A DNA stretch of 63,459 bases, counting the filler, from Octopus bimaculoides (taxonomy: Eukaryota): the NCBI RefSeq assembly GCF_001194135.2. It is 4 parts of 3 records of this genome, joined end to end, with 100 filler letters (N's around TTAATTAATTAA, not from the genome) between each part and the next. Parts side by side here need not be neighbours in the genome. Positions count along the whole stretch, not along the records: positions 1 to 20,627 come from NC_068984.1; positions 20,728 to 38,834 come from NC_068983.1; 2 more parts are not named here. The stretch is one strand, 5' to 3'. The translations under genes were made by a program, and so were the position numbers. The first letter of the stretch is position 1; each line of letters begins with the position of its first letter. Positions 10,960 through 23,083 of this stretch are shown here, piece after piece. The notes under the pieces were generated by a model, which was given only the letters and a program-made list of their open reading frames with translations, made no database searches and had not been told where the DNA came from.

Positions 10960-13110
10960 ATAATGATGCCAATGTTTTCTGACTACGAAAACATTATATA
11001 TACATAAAGAAGAGTATATTTATCTTTACATATTTTCTATAGAATTTACAGCAACGTAAACAATGCAATAGAAGACAGAAGATAGATAGTGGGCGTATAT
11101 GCATATTTCAGGAGTCATTGCTTTCTCTTCAGCACCACATATAATAATACAGCAACTATCCACGAATAAATTCTTTCAATAGGCATTAAGACCCAGCTGT
11201 GTAGCACCATTCGATAAACCAATTTCCATATAAAACCCGTTCCTGGCAACTGCTACATACATATTAATTGCTGTTAGGGACTCAGTACTTAATTTGGCAG
11301 CCATAATATTCTACCATGTATAGTAATTGCTCATAAGCTAATACCGTATCCTACATTTTTGCTGGCAGTGCGTTGCTTTCATTTTAAATTTATCACCACA
11401 AGTTTTCAGTAGAATTTAGAGCCAGCATTGAATCTTACAACTTTTCCTAAATGAATAAGCGATGTAAACAATGCGATCGAAAAAAAAGGAAATGGATGTA
11501 TATTCATGTTTCTTCAGCACCACATACAACACATTAAGCAATCACAAATACATTGCATAAATAGTCACTAAGTTTAGCGAAGATTTGGAATGAAGAACAG
11601 GGAACTTTGTTGTTTCAAGTCGAACAGTTTATCAGATGAAAAAAAATAGTTAATATCCTTTTTCAGCGAAGGGCTCCGCCACTTAATGATAAACGCCACT
11701 TCTCCATATTAAATTTATTCCAGTTTTGAACTATTTACATTTATTATTTATTGACATAAACCATCTCTAGTTTCCTTCAGTTCTGCTGTATATTTGAGGT
11801 CATAGCTATGCTGCATTAGCACTACACAATAACAGCAGACACAACACCTAAATAAATTGTGAAGTTCTGGGTCCGAACCGAAAAACCTTTGGAAAGAAAG
11901 CCAAGTGTAGCAGTCAAATGTTGTCAACGGAGGTCAATTAATCTTCCATTTGTTTAATGATAGAGAAATTAGAATTAATGGCTTCTGCTTGTTGAAACGA
12001 TAATTTGATTAGAAATCAGAAGCTACGTAATTTGAAATAAACGTATGACAACCAGTCCTGATAACAAGCGAAATCATTACCCACCCACTGGCTGTCTGTC
12101 ACTGTTTTCTGATTTTCATACAGCAGGCATTTAATGGTGATCTCTTGTTCTCCAATTGTATTGGGGTAGCCTTGGAGGTGGTTTGGTATAAACATGCCGG
12201 TACTCCACATCCATATCTATGTGTTGAATTACGAATTAAACGTAGCTCTAGTAATGTAAACATCATCTGTCGTGCGTATAAATATAGTGCATGTGTTCTG
12301 GTTATACGCCAAATTGTCTCGTCTGGTCTGTAGCATTCAGGTATTCTTTAACACACGGTGACATGTAGGGAGTTTTCCCCAGATGCTATCCAGTAACAAA
12401 AATTTCTCGTATAAAGAAAACATATACACTATGGGTGTACGACAGATAATCTTCATGTTTGTAATGCAGTATTGTGTGCGTATGTGTGTGTTTGCATGTG
12501 CATGTGTGTGTATGTGAAAGAGAGAGAGAGAGAGAGAGTGAGAAAGTGTGTATGAGTATGTGTGTGTGTGAGACAGAGAGGGAGAAAGTGTGTGTGTGTG
12601 TGTGTGTGTACGTGCGTGTGTATGTGTACGTGTATGTGTTTTATTATTTCTCGTCGAAAGCTGTAAATATTGTCGAGGAAAGTCATGAACCAAAGTTTTC
12701 GAACAACCATACCTATTGTAATATTCGATCCATACATGTATCGATGCTGCTCCTGTGACTTTTAGCAACATAAACACTGGAAAGCCGTGATTAAACTCAA
12801 GAAACCTGTCACCTACAACGAAATTAAATATTAAAAAACAAAACCAGAATTGCAATCCATCAGAATGAAGTTGCAATCTCTTTATCAATGAATATAAGAA
12901 TAGTCAAGACACTCCATCATTCCTTTAATGCTGTCCAAGTGACATATCGTAAATCTCAATATCATTAATCCTAAGCTCCTCACGTTTAATGCTTTTAAGA
13001 CGAAAATCGTTAATAATAAAATATAAAGGATTTGTGAGTTTTAAGGATTGCTTTTGCTTATAAATGCATGCATCAACTATCTTCAGTTACCAAATCTTTT
13101 GTTCCATATA
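10960..13110 (-). pseudogene. Candidate heavily decayed Toll-like receptor pseudogene (LRR, LRRCT, TM, TIR order)
   Basis: Manual multi-frame translation gives LRR-like pieces (ECLDYSY, ~12900), LRRCT-like IWMWSTGMFIP...KCLLYENQKTV...DFACYQDWLS (~12200-12040), juxtamembrane KWKIN, and TIR-like AVIV(Y)SAN, AELKETR and FIEWCY...DSCCIII...HYL. It has many stops and frameshifts and is interrupted by a microsatellite at 12470-12640. Confidence 0.4.
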
Positions 13111-13901
13111 CTGAAACTAATCTTGTTTCTGCAAGTATATTAAAAGAGATTAATTTTTTTATATAACGAATATACCAATTGCTATAGTTTCCTAAGCTCG
13201 TTGCAATATACGTTTACCTATTTTACCACTTTTTTCTAATTTAAAATCACAATGCAACCTATAGCTGGTTTCTATTTTATGTGTCCCGAGTTATTTATAA
13301 ATTTTATCTTGCCTGGAGCAGAAGTAACTGAAGAGATTTATACACAACTCTTTCTTCGATAAATAACATTTCTTGGTTATTTTCCCCATGCGTCCCGGCA
13401 TACAATTACCATACCATTTACCAGCAAACAAGTAATATTCCTTCAACCTGACGGATACTTTGTTTATGTTTTCTTTTTTAGCCTATCCGCTTGAACGCTA
13501 TTCTGTAAACCATTGTCTATAAACCCTGCCTGGTATATAAAAATCTAACACTCAAAAGCATTGTATGACAAAATTTATATTGTTCTGGTATTGCATCAGA
13601 CAATTTGGAACATCAGCGAACATCAAGATGTGTTGAGCCTCTGGCAAACCATATTATTTAGACGTTTGTTGATACTCTAAAGAAGAAAAAAGTGGCCAAC
13701 CAAGTAAATCAATTAGATATCTTTAAGAGACTCCTAAAATCTACAACACATAATGTTATCTGATGCTTTATCTATATTTACACATACAAAGATTCGATAC
13801 ATGCATACATACATATGTCAATCTCTATATATGTACATACATTTATACATACGTGTGTGTGTGTGCGTGTGTATATGTATATGTATATGCGTGTATATAT
13901 G

Positions 13902-13987
<86 letters not shown>

Positions 13988-14737
13988 ACGTTTCTCGATT
14001 TTGTTTTCACTTCCTCGTAGCTAAGTTTTATGAAGCGAATAAAATTGAAGAAATAGAATTAAAATCTAAAAACAAGTTTTTCACGTGAATGAAGTCTTTT
14101 CATTGACATGTAATTTCCCGGTGGCGAAAAGAAATTCAAACTTTAACAAGATGAAAGTTCAAAGACAGCCTGCTAATTTGCAGAAGAGATAAAAAGCGTT
14201 AATAGTACTATTATTAAAATAGGAAGCTGAATAAGAAACTTTCTACATAATGGTTTTTTATAAACGAAAAGAAAATTTTGTTCCTGTGAAAACTATCAGG
14301 CAAGGTCTAACATCGCTAAAATAATGGAGAATACCATAAATTGAAATCTAGTTTACTGCATGGCGTATCATTACTTTTCTCAGCCAACAACAGGACAAAT
14401 ACTATAATGACCGATATGAAAGCATTTATTTTCTTTTGTAAATCAATACCGATTGCCCTTAAAATCTCCAGTGAAATTAATATTGCTCCCGTTGACCTAA
14501 TCATAATATTTGACTTTATCTCATGTAAAGGCATTTCGTAAAGTAACCTACTAACAACAAGACATCTTCAATAATGTGTGTAGAAATTTTCCATTCTGCT
14601 AGCTTCCGTTGTGTTATTACTAATGGCGAAAAAATAATACTCAAAAGCAATGAGTTAGGTCTCTTAATTTATACTCATGCATAGAATGACTTTGAATCTT
14701 CTTAAAGAAATGAAGTGAAAAGCTACTCCAATATTTA

Positions 14738-14816
<79 letters not shown>

Positions 14817-16683
14817 TACTCTTGAGAGTCCATCTCTGTGTCTCCTCCGCTAAAGGGCGTGATTGCATTCAGTGTATAGAATGATCACGTGTCGATTGTC
14901 ACTGAGAAGACAACGAGTTCAAGTAACGCGTGGAAAATTGTTTCGAGGCAATATCTAAGTGAAGAAATTTGAAATCGTGTCAAGTGAAGTATTTTCTTCG
15001 ATGTAAGATTGTAAATCACGCAGGAAGATAATTCATTGGATTCATTATCACATTTCTTAGCATAAATTTTGCCTCAAAACATTTTGTCACTTATCACGTG
15101 TCCTTGTTGAACTTACAGCAACAAACATATGAACTTACTAAATAGCAAAATATAGTCGCTCCATTTAAAAGTCAGGAGAAATTGGTATTCAAGCATTTGG
15201 CATAACAGACATAAAGATTTAAGTTGGATTTCATTTTATTTTCTTAGGAAAATTCCATGACCTTTGCCATCTGTGTATACTTAAATCGTAACATACAATT
15301 CATGCCATGTATATTATACAGTGGCAGCCATCATTTACTTTTCGATATTTAATTATATATAAACCATGTAAATCCCGTTGTATTCTATAGACACATATAT
15401 TTTATACATGATACTCGAAACATAGTTTTCTTGCACAAATTCAAATTAAACAAATATTTTGTGAGCTGTTCACAGATTATGTTTACACATTGAGGCCAAA
15501 AATATGGTTTTGTACAAACAATCTTATTCTTGTTAAAAAAAAGTAAATATTATACTAAATATGTTAAGTAGTTCTTCAATTTAATGTAAAAGTATTTTTT
15601 GTCATAATATAAAAATAAGCATATATATTGTACGTCATATGTAAACAAACATGGCTGATTGCTGACAGAATTTTGAGGTTTGTAAGGATTTTATCTTATA
15701 TAAGCTGTTCTATCAGTATTTACGCGTTGATAAATATATAAATATATGTATGTATGTCTAATGTATATCTACCTATGTATATATATATATATATATNNNN
15801 NNNNNNNNNNNNNNNNNNNNNNNNNNNNNNNNNNNNNNNNNNNNNNNNNNNNNNNNNNNNNNNNNNNNNNNNNNNNNNNNNNNNNNNNNNNNNNNNNNNN
15901 NNNNNNNNNNNNNNNNNNNNNNNNNNNNNNNNNNNNNNNNNNNNNNNNNNNNNNNNNNNNNNNNNNNNNNNNNNNNNNNNNNNNNNNNNNNNNNNNNNNN
16001 NNNNNNNNNNNNNNNNNNNNNNNNNNNNNNNNNNNNNNNNNNNNNNNNNNNNNNNNNNNNNNNNNNNNNNNNNNNNNNNNNNNNNNNNNNNNNNNNNNNN
16101 NNNNNNNNNNNNNNNNNNNNNNNNNNNNNNNNNNNNNNNNNNNNNNNNNNNNNNNNNNNNNNNNNNNNNNNNNNNNNNNNNNNNNNNNNNNNNNNNNNNN
16201 NNNNNNNNNNNNNNNNNNNNNNNNNNNNNNNNNNNNNNNNNNNNTATATATATATTTCGAGAAATACTTCTTCATTGTGTCGTTGACAGGAGAGGAATTA
16301 AGGAATATTTCACATGATTTCAACTGCAAGTGATGTGGAATGCAAGACAACGTGTGCTTCGTATGTAGACAGGAAGCAGTCGGAGAGGAAACCGGGCGAG
16401 AGATGGGGAAGGAAAGGGAAATGAGAAAAGAAGCGAACGAGATTAAAGTGGATGAAAATCTCACGTGAAAGGGAGCGAAAGAATAAGAAAAGTATTAACA
16501 ATGTAAGAAGAGAAGAATTTAAAGGAAAAAAAAAAACACCCATGAAACACTCTACATTTTCTGTCGCTTATTCAGAATAATGCATGCGTTGCTAACGTAG
16601 ATCGCCATTACTCACCTATCTACCTGTCTGTCTATCTTAATATCTATCTATCAATTTGCCTATCTTTCGATCTTCTATCTGTC

Positions 16684-16717
<34 letters not shown>

Positions 16718-16910
16718 TGTATCTATATATCTATCTATCTATCTATCTAACTGTCTGTCTGTCTGTCTGTCTTCAGCCTTTTTTTTCTTAACGATCCCTT
16801 TTGATCGAATTTCTAACCCCGCCTTTTTCCTTCTTCTCTTCCCAATAAAGGAACATATCTATCTATGTTCTATCTATTTATCAATCTATCTATCTATCTA
16901 TCTATCTATC

Positions 16911-16994
<84 letters not shown>

Positions 16995-17152
16995 GGATCG
17001 ATCTATCGATCTGTCTATCAAACCACCTGCCTGTTTACCTGTTTGTATATCTATCACTCTATCTACCAACCTACTTGCATACCTTCCTAACTGCCTCCAT
17101 ATGTATGCACTTATGTATGTATGTATGTATGTAAGCATTTATCTATCTATCT

Positions 17153-17198
<46 letters not shown>

Positions 17199-17515
17199 NN
17201 NNNNNNNNNNNNNNNNNNNNNNNNNNNNNNNNNNNNNNNNNNNNNNNNNNNNNNNNNNNNNNNNNNNNNNNNNNNNNNNNNNNNNNNNNNNNNNNNNNNN
17301 NNNNNNNNNNNNNNNNNNNNNNNNNNNNNNNNNNNNNNNNNNNNNNNNNNNNNNNNNNNNNNNNNNNNNNNNNNNNNNNNNNNNNNNNNNNNNNNNNNNN
17401 NNNNNNNNNNNNNNNNNNNNNNNNNNNNNNNNNNNNNNNNNNNNNNNNNNNNNNNNNNNNNNNNNNNNNNNNNNNNNNNNNNNNNNNNNNNNNNNNNNAT
17501 ATATATATATATATA

Positions 17516-18382
17516 CTGGGTGCGGTGAATAAACTGTCGTCTAAATTACGCAAAAATCAAAGAACACTCACATCTCATTTTAATAGATATATTTGCGAAA
17601 AAAAAAATCTTGAAATACTACAGAGTAAATTTATTTGATAAATTCGCTATTGGCTTCAACCTCAGCCTCCAGATGACTTAGGAATCTCCTACAACTCTCC
17701 TGAACAGTCTTCTTGTTTAAGTTGGTCAATGCTGCCATAATCTTTGCCTTCAGATCATCTTTGGTGCTACAAGGAGTTTTGTTGATCTCTCGCTCAATTG
17801 CACCCCACACATAGTAATCAAGGAGGTTGCACTATATGCAGTTATGTGAGAAGATGTTAGGGGTGATGTAGTCACAGAAATGGTCTGACAGCTATGACTT
17901 GGTTCTCCTGCTTGTGCGACATGGTGCAGAAACCTGTTGACAGATATTGAGCCACTCTCTTGATCCCGAGCGGCCCTACCTCCTCGAGACGCTTGATGTA
18001 GACTTTCATGTTGGATGTGTGGTCATGTGGGACGATGAATGGAGGCATAATGTCGCCATCACTAGTGATCACTGGAAACACCATGATGATAAAAGGATGT
18101 TTGATTTTTATAACTCTCGGTACATGTCCTCAGATTGCACTGTCCTCAGATTAACACCCAAACACTCTGAAATCTTCGTATTGGAGCTTCCTGCGCGAAA
18201 TCCAAGCAGTACAGCAACTCGCTTCCATGTTTCTGACATAGTGAATTGTGTCATAGTACTATTTTGCTCACAAACAGTGCCCAACTGCCCCTACTATTCT
18301 GTGTAGTCAACGAAATAAAAAAACAATGTGCGTGCGCGAAAGTAAAAATTAAAAAATTGTGACAAATTACCCATCGCACCCT

Positions 18383-18383
<1 letters not shown>
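17516..18383 (-). mobile_element. Internally deleted maT/DD37D-type Tc1/mariner element with TIRs and TA flanks
   Basis: TA-CTGGGTGCGGTGAATAAACTGTC matches the reverse complement of GACAAATTACCCATCGCACCCTG-TA. Minus strand gives MSETWKRVAVLLGFRAG.., VITSDGDIMPPFI, QQVSAPC and CNLLDYYVWGAIERE. Confidence 0.85.
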
Positions 18384-18455
<72 letters not shown>

Positions 18456-18504
18456 TACCTATCTAGTTATCTACCTTTTATCGTTTATGTTTTAATTGGT
18501 TCAG

Positions 18505-18700
18505 TCATTATACTGGGGCCCTGTTGAGATACGACCTTGAAGTATTTCAGTCGAGCGAATTGTCCCTATTATATTTTTCTTAAAGCCTGATACTTATTGT
18601 GACGGACTATTTTGCCGAACCCCTAATGCACAAGGACATAAACACCAATACCGTTTTCCAAATGGTGGTGGAGGGAAAACACAGACTCAAACACACTGAC
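18505..18700 (-). mobile_element. SINE family 1 decayed 3' part
   Basis: TTCAGTCATT...GCCTGATACTTATT...TTTGCCGAACCCCTAA is homologous to the family tail. Confidence 0.6.
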
Positions 18701-18932
18701 ATATACTTTTGAGAAACTTTGTTGGGCTGAAACTGAAGGAAGCCCAACGTATGCTTATACGGATCAAAACTGTTCAAAAATAACAAACTGCAAAAGACAG
18801 AGACAGGTCAGAGAACAACAAGCAAGATGTACTAGTTTGACGATCGGCAGAATTACAAAAGACTTTGATGTTTCGATATACGGGGCTGGTGGGAAGGCGG
18901 GGAAAATTTCACACAACAAATCATTTGACATT

Positions 18933-19552
18933 TTATTACATCCGCCTGAGTGAAGGCGGAGGTATTGTTTTCACTCATGTTTGTTTGTATGTCGGTGGAC
19001 AAGATATCTCATGAACCACTGGATGGATTCGGATGAAACTTTCAGAGATGGCGGCGAGCTGGTAGAAACGTTAGCACGCCGGGCGAAATGCTTAGCTGTA
19101 TTTCGCCTGTCTTTACGTTCTGAGTTCAAATTCCGCCGAGGTCGAGTTTGCCTTTCATCCTTTCGGGGTCGATAAATTAAGTACCAGTTGCGTATTGTTA
19201 TCGATCTAATCAACTCAATCTCTTTTTCTGTCCTTGTTTGTCCCCTCTGTGTTTAGCCCCATGTGGGCAGTAAAGAAATAAGGAACTTTCAGAGATGTTT
19301 CGCCTCATGATGTTTGGCACGGAGTGATTAGATTCTTGGATCGATCCAGTAGCAGACAAGGACTCTGGATAATTATTCCTGTTTATTTGCTGAACCCCTA
19401 GAGAGTGGTCAGGGTCATTTTTAGTATTCTCTTTCGTGAGAGCAGTTGAGTTTATTTCAGATATTCTCATTTTAAAAATCATCTCCAGCTAATCGTTGAG
19501 AGGACGTTGGTGCTGCCGTGGCGGAGGTTTGCGCTCTCTGAGTGCTCTTGTT
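18933..19552 (+). mobile_element. Non-autonomous Helentron/HINE-type element interrupted by a SINE
   Basis: 5' TTATTACATCCGCC...GAAGGCGGAGGT (short inverted repeat TCCGCC/GGCGGA), internal TGTT microsatellite, and 3' GGCGGAGGTTTGCGCTCTCTGAGTGCTCTTGTTT. This layout is typical of Helentron-associated elements. Confidence 0.6.
19051..19283 (+). mobile_element. SINE family 2, full length, with 14-bp target site duplication
   Basis: AACTTTCAGAGATG occurs at 19037-19050 and 19284-19297. The tRNA-like head has B-box GAGTTCAAATTCC. Confidence 0.9.
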
Positions 19553-19560
19553 TATATTAC

Positions 19561-19775
19561 GTTGGTGAGCTGGCACAATCGTTAGAACGCCAGACAAAAT
19601 GCTTAGCGGCATTTCGTCCGTTTTTACAATCTGAGTTCGAAATTCTGCCGAGGTCTACTTTCCCTTTCATCCTTTCGGGATCGATAAAACAAATATCTGT
19701 TGAACATTAAAGTCTTACTAATCGACTTAGCCTCACCCCAAGAAAACGACTGGCCTTGTGCCAAAATTTGAAATC
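19561..19775 (+). mobile_element. SINE family 2 copy with an alternative 3' tail
   Basis: Same head and central domain as 19051. It ends GGCCTTGTGCCAAAATTTGAAATCATTATT, like the copies at 34961 and 35200. Confidence 0.8.
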
Positions 19776-20008
19776 ATTATTGCTGTTGTTTTTGTTTATC
19801 ATCTAAACGCATGTGGGAATTTATCACCATTTTGTTTATTCAATTCAATTTCAGAAAATACTGAGGCATGTCTTTAACAATTCCAGAGCATATTGAACTT
19901 ATTTTATGCGTGACTTTTGGCCCACTCTTTATATATTTGTGTGTAGGTGTATGCATGGTTATGTATGTATACTGTGCATGTATCGATACATACATACANN
20001 NNNNNNNN

Positions 20009-20068
<60 letters not shown>

Positions 20069-20627
20069 TAAGTGAGAGTCAGCTCCATCCTTGGTATGCC
20101 TATGTGTGTGCATTAACGGAGTAATATTAAAGCGGCAATCAATAATCTCCATTGCTGTTTGATTTATTGCTAATAAACTGGCAGCGTCTTTTGACAAGGC
20201 AGAGCAGAGCAGAGCAGAAGAACTCAGAGAAGATAACAATAAGATGCAATGCTGTTCACATGGTGATGAGGCGATGATGATCATATTGTCGGTAGGTTAT
20301 TAAAAAGTGATAGGAGTCTTATATAATTTTTATTATAAGACTGTCATACTGCTGCTGCTGATGATGCTACTACTACAACTTTTACTACTACTATTGATGT
20401 TACTGCTGCTGCTATGACTTCTTACTGCTACTACTACTGCTAACACATCCGCAATAACAACAACAACAACTACTACTACTACTACTACTACAATATATCT
20501 GCTGCTATTACATTTTCTTCATTGCCCTTGAAATTATATCTGTCTATCTATCTATCTATTTGTCTGTGTGTCTATCTGTCTGTTTGTCTATCTAGTTGGG
20601 ATGCGGGACGAGCGTGTCGGCATACGC

Positions 20628-20727
20628 NNNNNNNNNNNNNNNNNNNNNNNNNNNNNNNNNNNNNNNNNNNNTTAATTAATTAANNNNNNNNNNNNNNNNN
20701 NNNNNNNNNNNNNNNNNNNNNNNNNNN
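20628..20727. other. Artificial scaffold-joining spacer (44 N + TTAATTAATTAA + 44 N)
   Basis: Exactly 100 bp with stop codons in all six frames. Identical to the spacers at 38835 and 62173. Confidence 0.95.
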
Positions 20728-20970
20728 AAAGAAGCCCATCGTATATATATATATATATATACATATATATATGTGTGTGTGTTTGTGTGTCTGTGTTTGT
20801 TCCCCCACCATCACTTGACAACCGATGCTGGTGTGTTTACGTCCTCGTAACTTAGCGGTTCGGCAAAAAGAGACCGATAGAATAAGTCCTGGGGTCGATT
20901 TTCTCGACTAAAGGCGGTGCTCCAGCATGGCCGCAGTCAAATGACTGAAACAAGTAAAAGAGTAAAAGAG
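20728..20970 (+). mobile_element. SINE family 1 3' half at scaffold start
   Basis: AAAGAAGCCCATCG, microsatellite, and GGCGGTGCTCCAGCATGGCCGCAGTCAAATGACTGAAACAAGTAAAAGAG tail. Confidence 0.85.
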
Positions 20971-21619
20971 TATAACTCCTCACAAGGGTAAATATACAAT
21001 ACGAAGCTCGCGATGCGATTGCAATAGATATTGTATCGGTTTGAACGATATTTCGTCAGCTTGCCTGTCTTTGTTGAATTCAAAATGAAAGGTGATACAT
21101 AGAAATTCGAATCCAAAAATTTGAACGAGAGCAACCTGCATTCCCACGTTGACATTATGACATCTTCAACTGATGATGTCATGTTGTCAACGATGTCATG
21201 TCAACGATGTCATGTTGTCAACGATGTCATGTTGAAAGAAAAAAGAGAAAAAAAGAAGAAAAGAAATAAGAAAAGGAAAAAGAAAAATATTTAATCAAAC
21301 AAATGACAATGGAATTTCATCACATTTACACGAAACTGTATGATTAAATATTCTTCTTTTACCGTTTCTTTTTTCTATTTTCTTTCTTTTTGCCAGCTGT
21401 AAACTTGAAATGTGAAGACTAATGATGACATTCTGTCAACGTGGGAACGCAGGTAGCCCTCGTTCAAATATTTGCATTTGAATTTCTATAACTTTGAATT
21501 CCTTTGTATCACTTTTCATTTTGAACTCGGCAAAGACTGGCAAGCTGTCGAAATATCGTTCAAACCAATAAAATATTTATCGCAATCGCATCACGCGCTT
21601 CCTATTATTATTATTATTA

Positions 21620-22373
21620 CTATTTTATGTTTGACTTTTGTTTTGCATTTGTACAAGTTGGATCCAAGTCTCACCCAGAGACCTCAAGAGACAACAAGTT
21701 AGAAGTTCATGTAGGTGTTATGCCTAGGGTACCATATATTTGGATTTGTACATTTTTGTTCAAGTGAATGTTTAAGAAACCATAAGAAAATTATGTTTGC
21801 TTTAAAATTTGAGATCACATAGACAGTATTTTACGTAGGATATGGGCAGTTCCCATGAGCACTATCTTTTGAACTTCAGCCATTTTGGGGTTTCCTGGTA
21901 TCTGAGCTAGGTAGTAATCAGCCCGTTTCGCTGTCATTCCCAGAGCACCTATGACAATAGGTATTGTTTTCGTCTTCNNNNNNNNNNNNNNNNNNNNNNN
22001 NNNNNNNNNNNNNNNNNNNNNNNNNNNNNNNNNNNNNNNNNNNNNNNNNNNNNNNNNNNNNNNNNNNNNNNNNNNNNNNNNNNNNNNNNNNNNNNNNNNN
22101 NNNNNNNNNNNNNNNNNNNNNNNNNNNNNNNNNNNNNNNNNNNNNNNNNNNNNNNNNNNNNNNNNNNNNNNNNNNNNNNNNNNNNNNNNNNNNNNNNNNN
22201 NNNNNNNNNNNNNNNGTGCAGCTCTATCATGCCTGTTGAGATACTCTGTAGGCGCAAGCAGACTGCACATGGAGACAACATGATCGATGGTCTCATTTTG
22301 TTGTTGGCATATACGACATAATGGGGAGCTGCCGTTCTTCAATATGTTGGCCTGGTAGTTCTTTGTAGGTAAG

Positions 22374-22375
<2 letters not shown>
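21620..22375 (-). mobile_element. 5'-truncated R4/Dong-like RLE retrotransposon, same subfamily as 8588
   Basis: CCHC finger CRICQQQNETIDHVVSMC...EYLNRHD and C-terminus KTKTIPIVIGALG...GTAHILRKILSM*. Flanked by (ATT)n on both sides, with an N gap at 21978-22215. Confidence 0.9.
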
Positions 22376-22434
<59 letters not shown>

Positions 22435-22469
22435 GTTATTATTATTGTTATTATTATTATTTATGGTTT

Positions 22470-22956
22470 CTTTTCATTATAATTTTATTTCAGCTGCCTT
22501 AATACTGGCCATCCTCCGGAGGCCAAGAGTAGCAAGGGCACTTTCGTTTTGCTATGCATGCTAAAATTATCACCACATTTATTCCATTTTAGATGGAGAG
22601 TGCTTTCCGCGGTATATGGGCTGTACTCATCAAGGTTATCTTTTGTAGTTCACGGAGACTGGAGTTACCAGGAAGTTGCTTAATATACTTCTCGGCTCCT
22701 TTCTTTATTGTTCCCAACCCACCAATCATTACTGGTATTATCGTAATACTGAGTTTCCACATTTTTGTGATTCCAGTTTGCATATCTTTATAGTGAGAAA
22801 GCTTTTCGCATTCTTTTCTTGAGACATTTTGATCTTGTTAGACAAACATATCTATGAACAGACAAGTTCTTCTGTTGTAGTCCTTGATCACAATGTCTGG
22901 TCTGTTTGTATTGGGAAGTTCCAAAGGGTGGTGACGCCCTCACTATTTACTACATC
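22470..22956 (-). mobile_element. 5'-truncated R4/Dong-like RLE retrotransposon, divergent second subfamily
   Basis: RPDIVIKDYN (PD nuclease motif), KLSHYKD and TIIPVMIGGLG...MSTAHIPRKALSI*. It has a different 3' UTR and is bounded by (ATT)n at 22376-22460 and 22957-23082. Confidence 0.85.
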
Positions 22957-22968
22957 TCATTATCATCA

Positions 22969-23083
<115 letters not shown>

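Noticed and set aside
11430-12330. Alternative reading as an octopus chemotactile (nAChR-like) receptor pseudogene
   Set aside because: No Cys-loop was found, and the fragment order fits TLR better, though both readings are unverified.
15703-15725. U2 snRNA-like CTGTTCTATCAGT
   Set aside because: The match is about 13 nt with no flanking U2 similarity.
20672-20683. TTAATTAATTAA as a recurring biological motif or piggyBac site
   Set aside because: It is always centred in exactly 44+44 N, so it is an artificial linker.
21170-21232. Short tandem repeats (15-18-bp units here; 11-bp units at 61905-61945; 12-bp units at 8462-8530) as CRISPR-like arrays or coding repeats
   Set aside because: They have no spacers and are ordinary slippage repeats in eukaryotic DNA.
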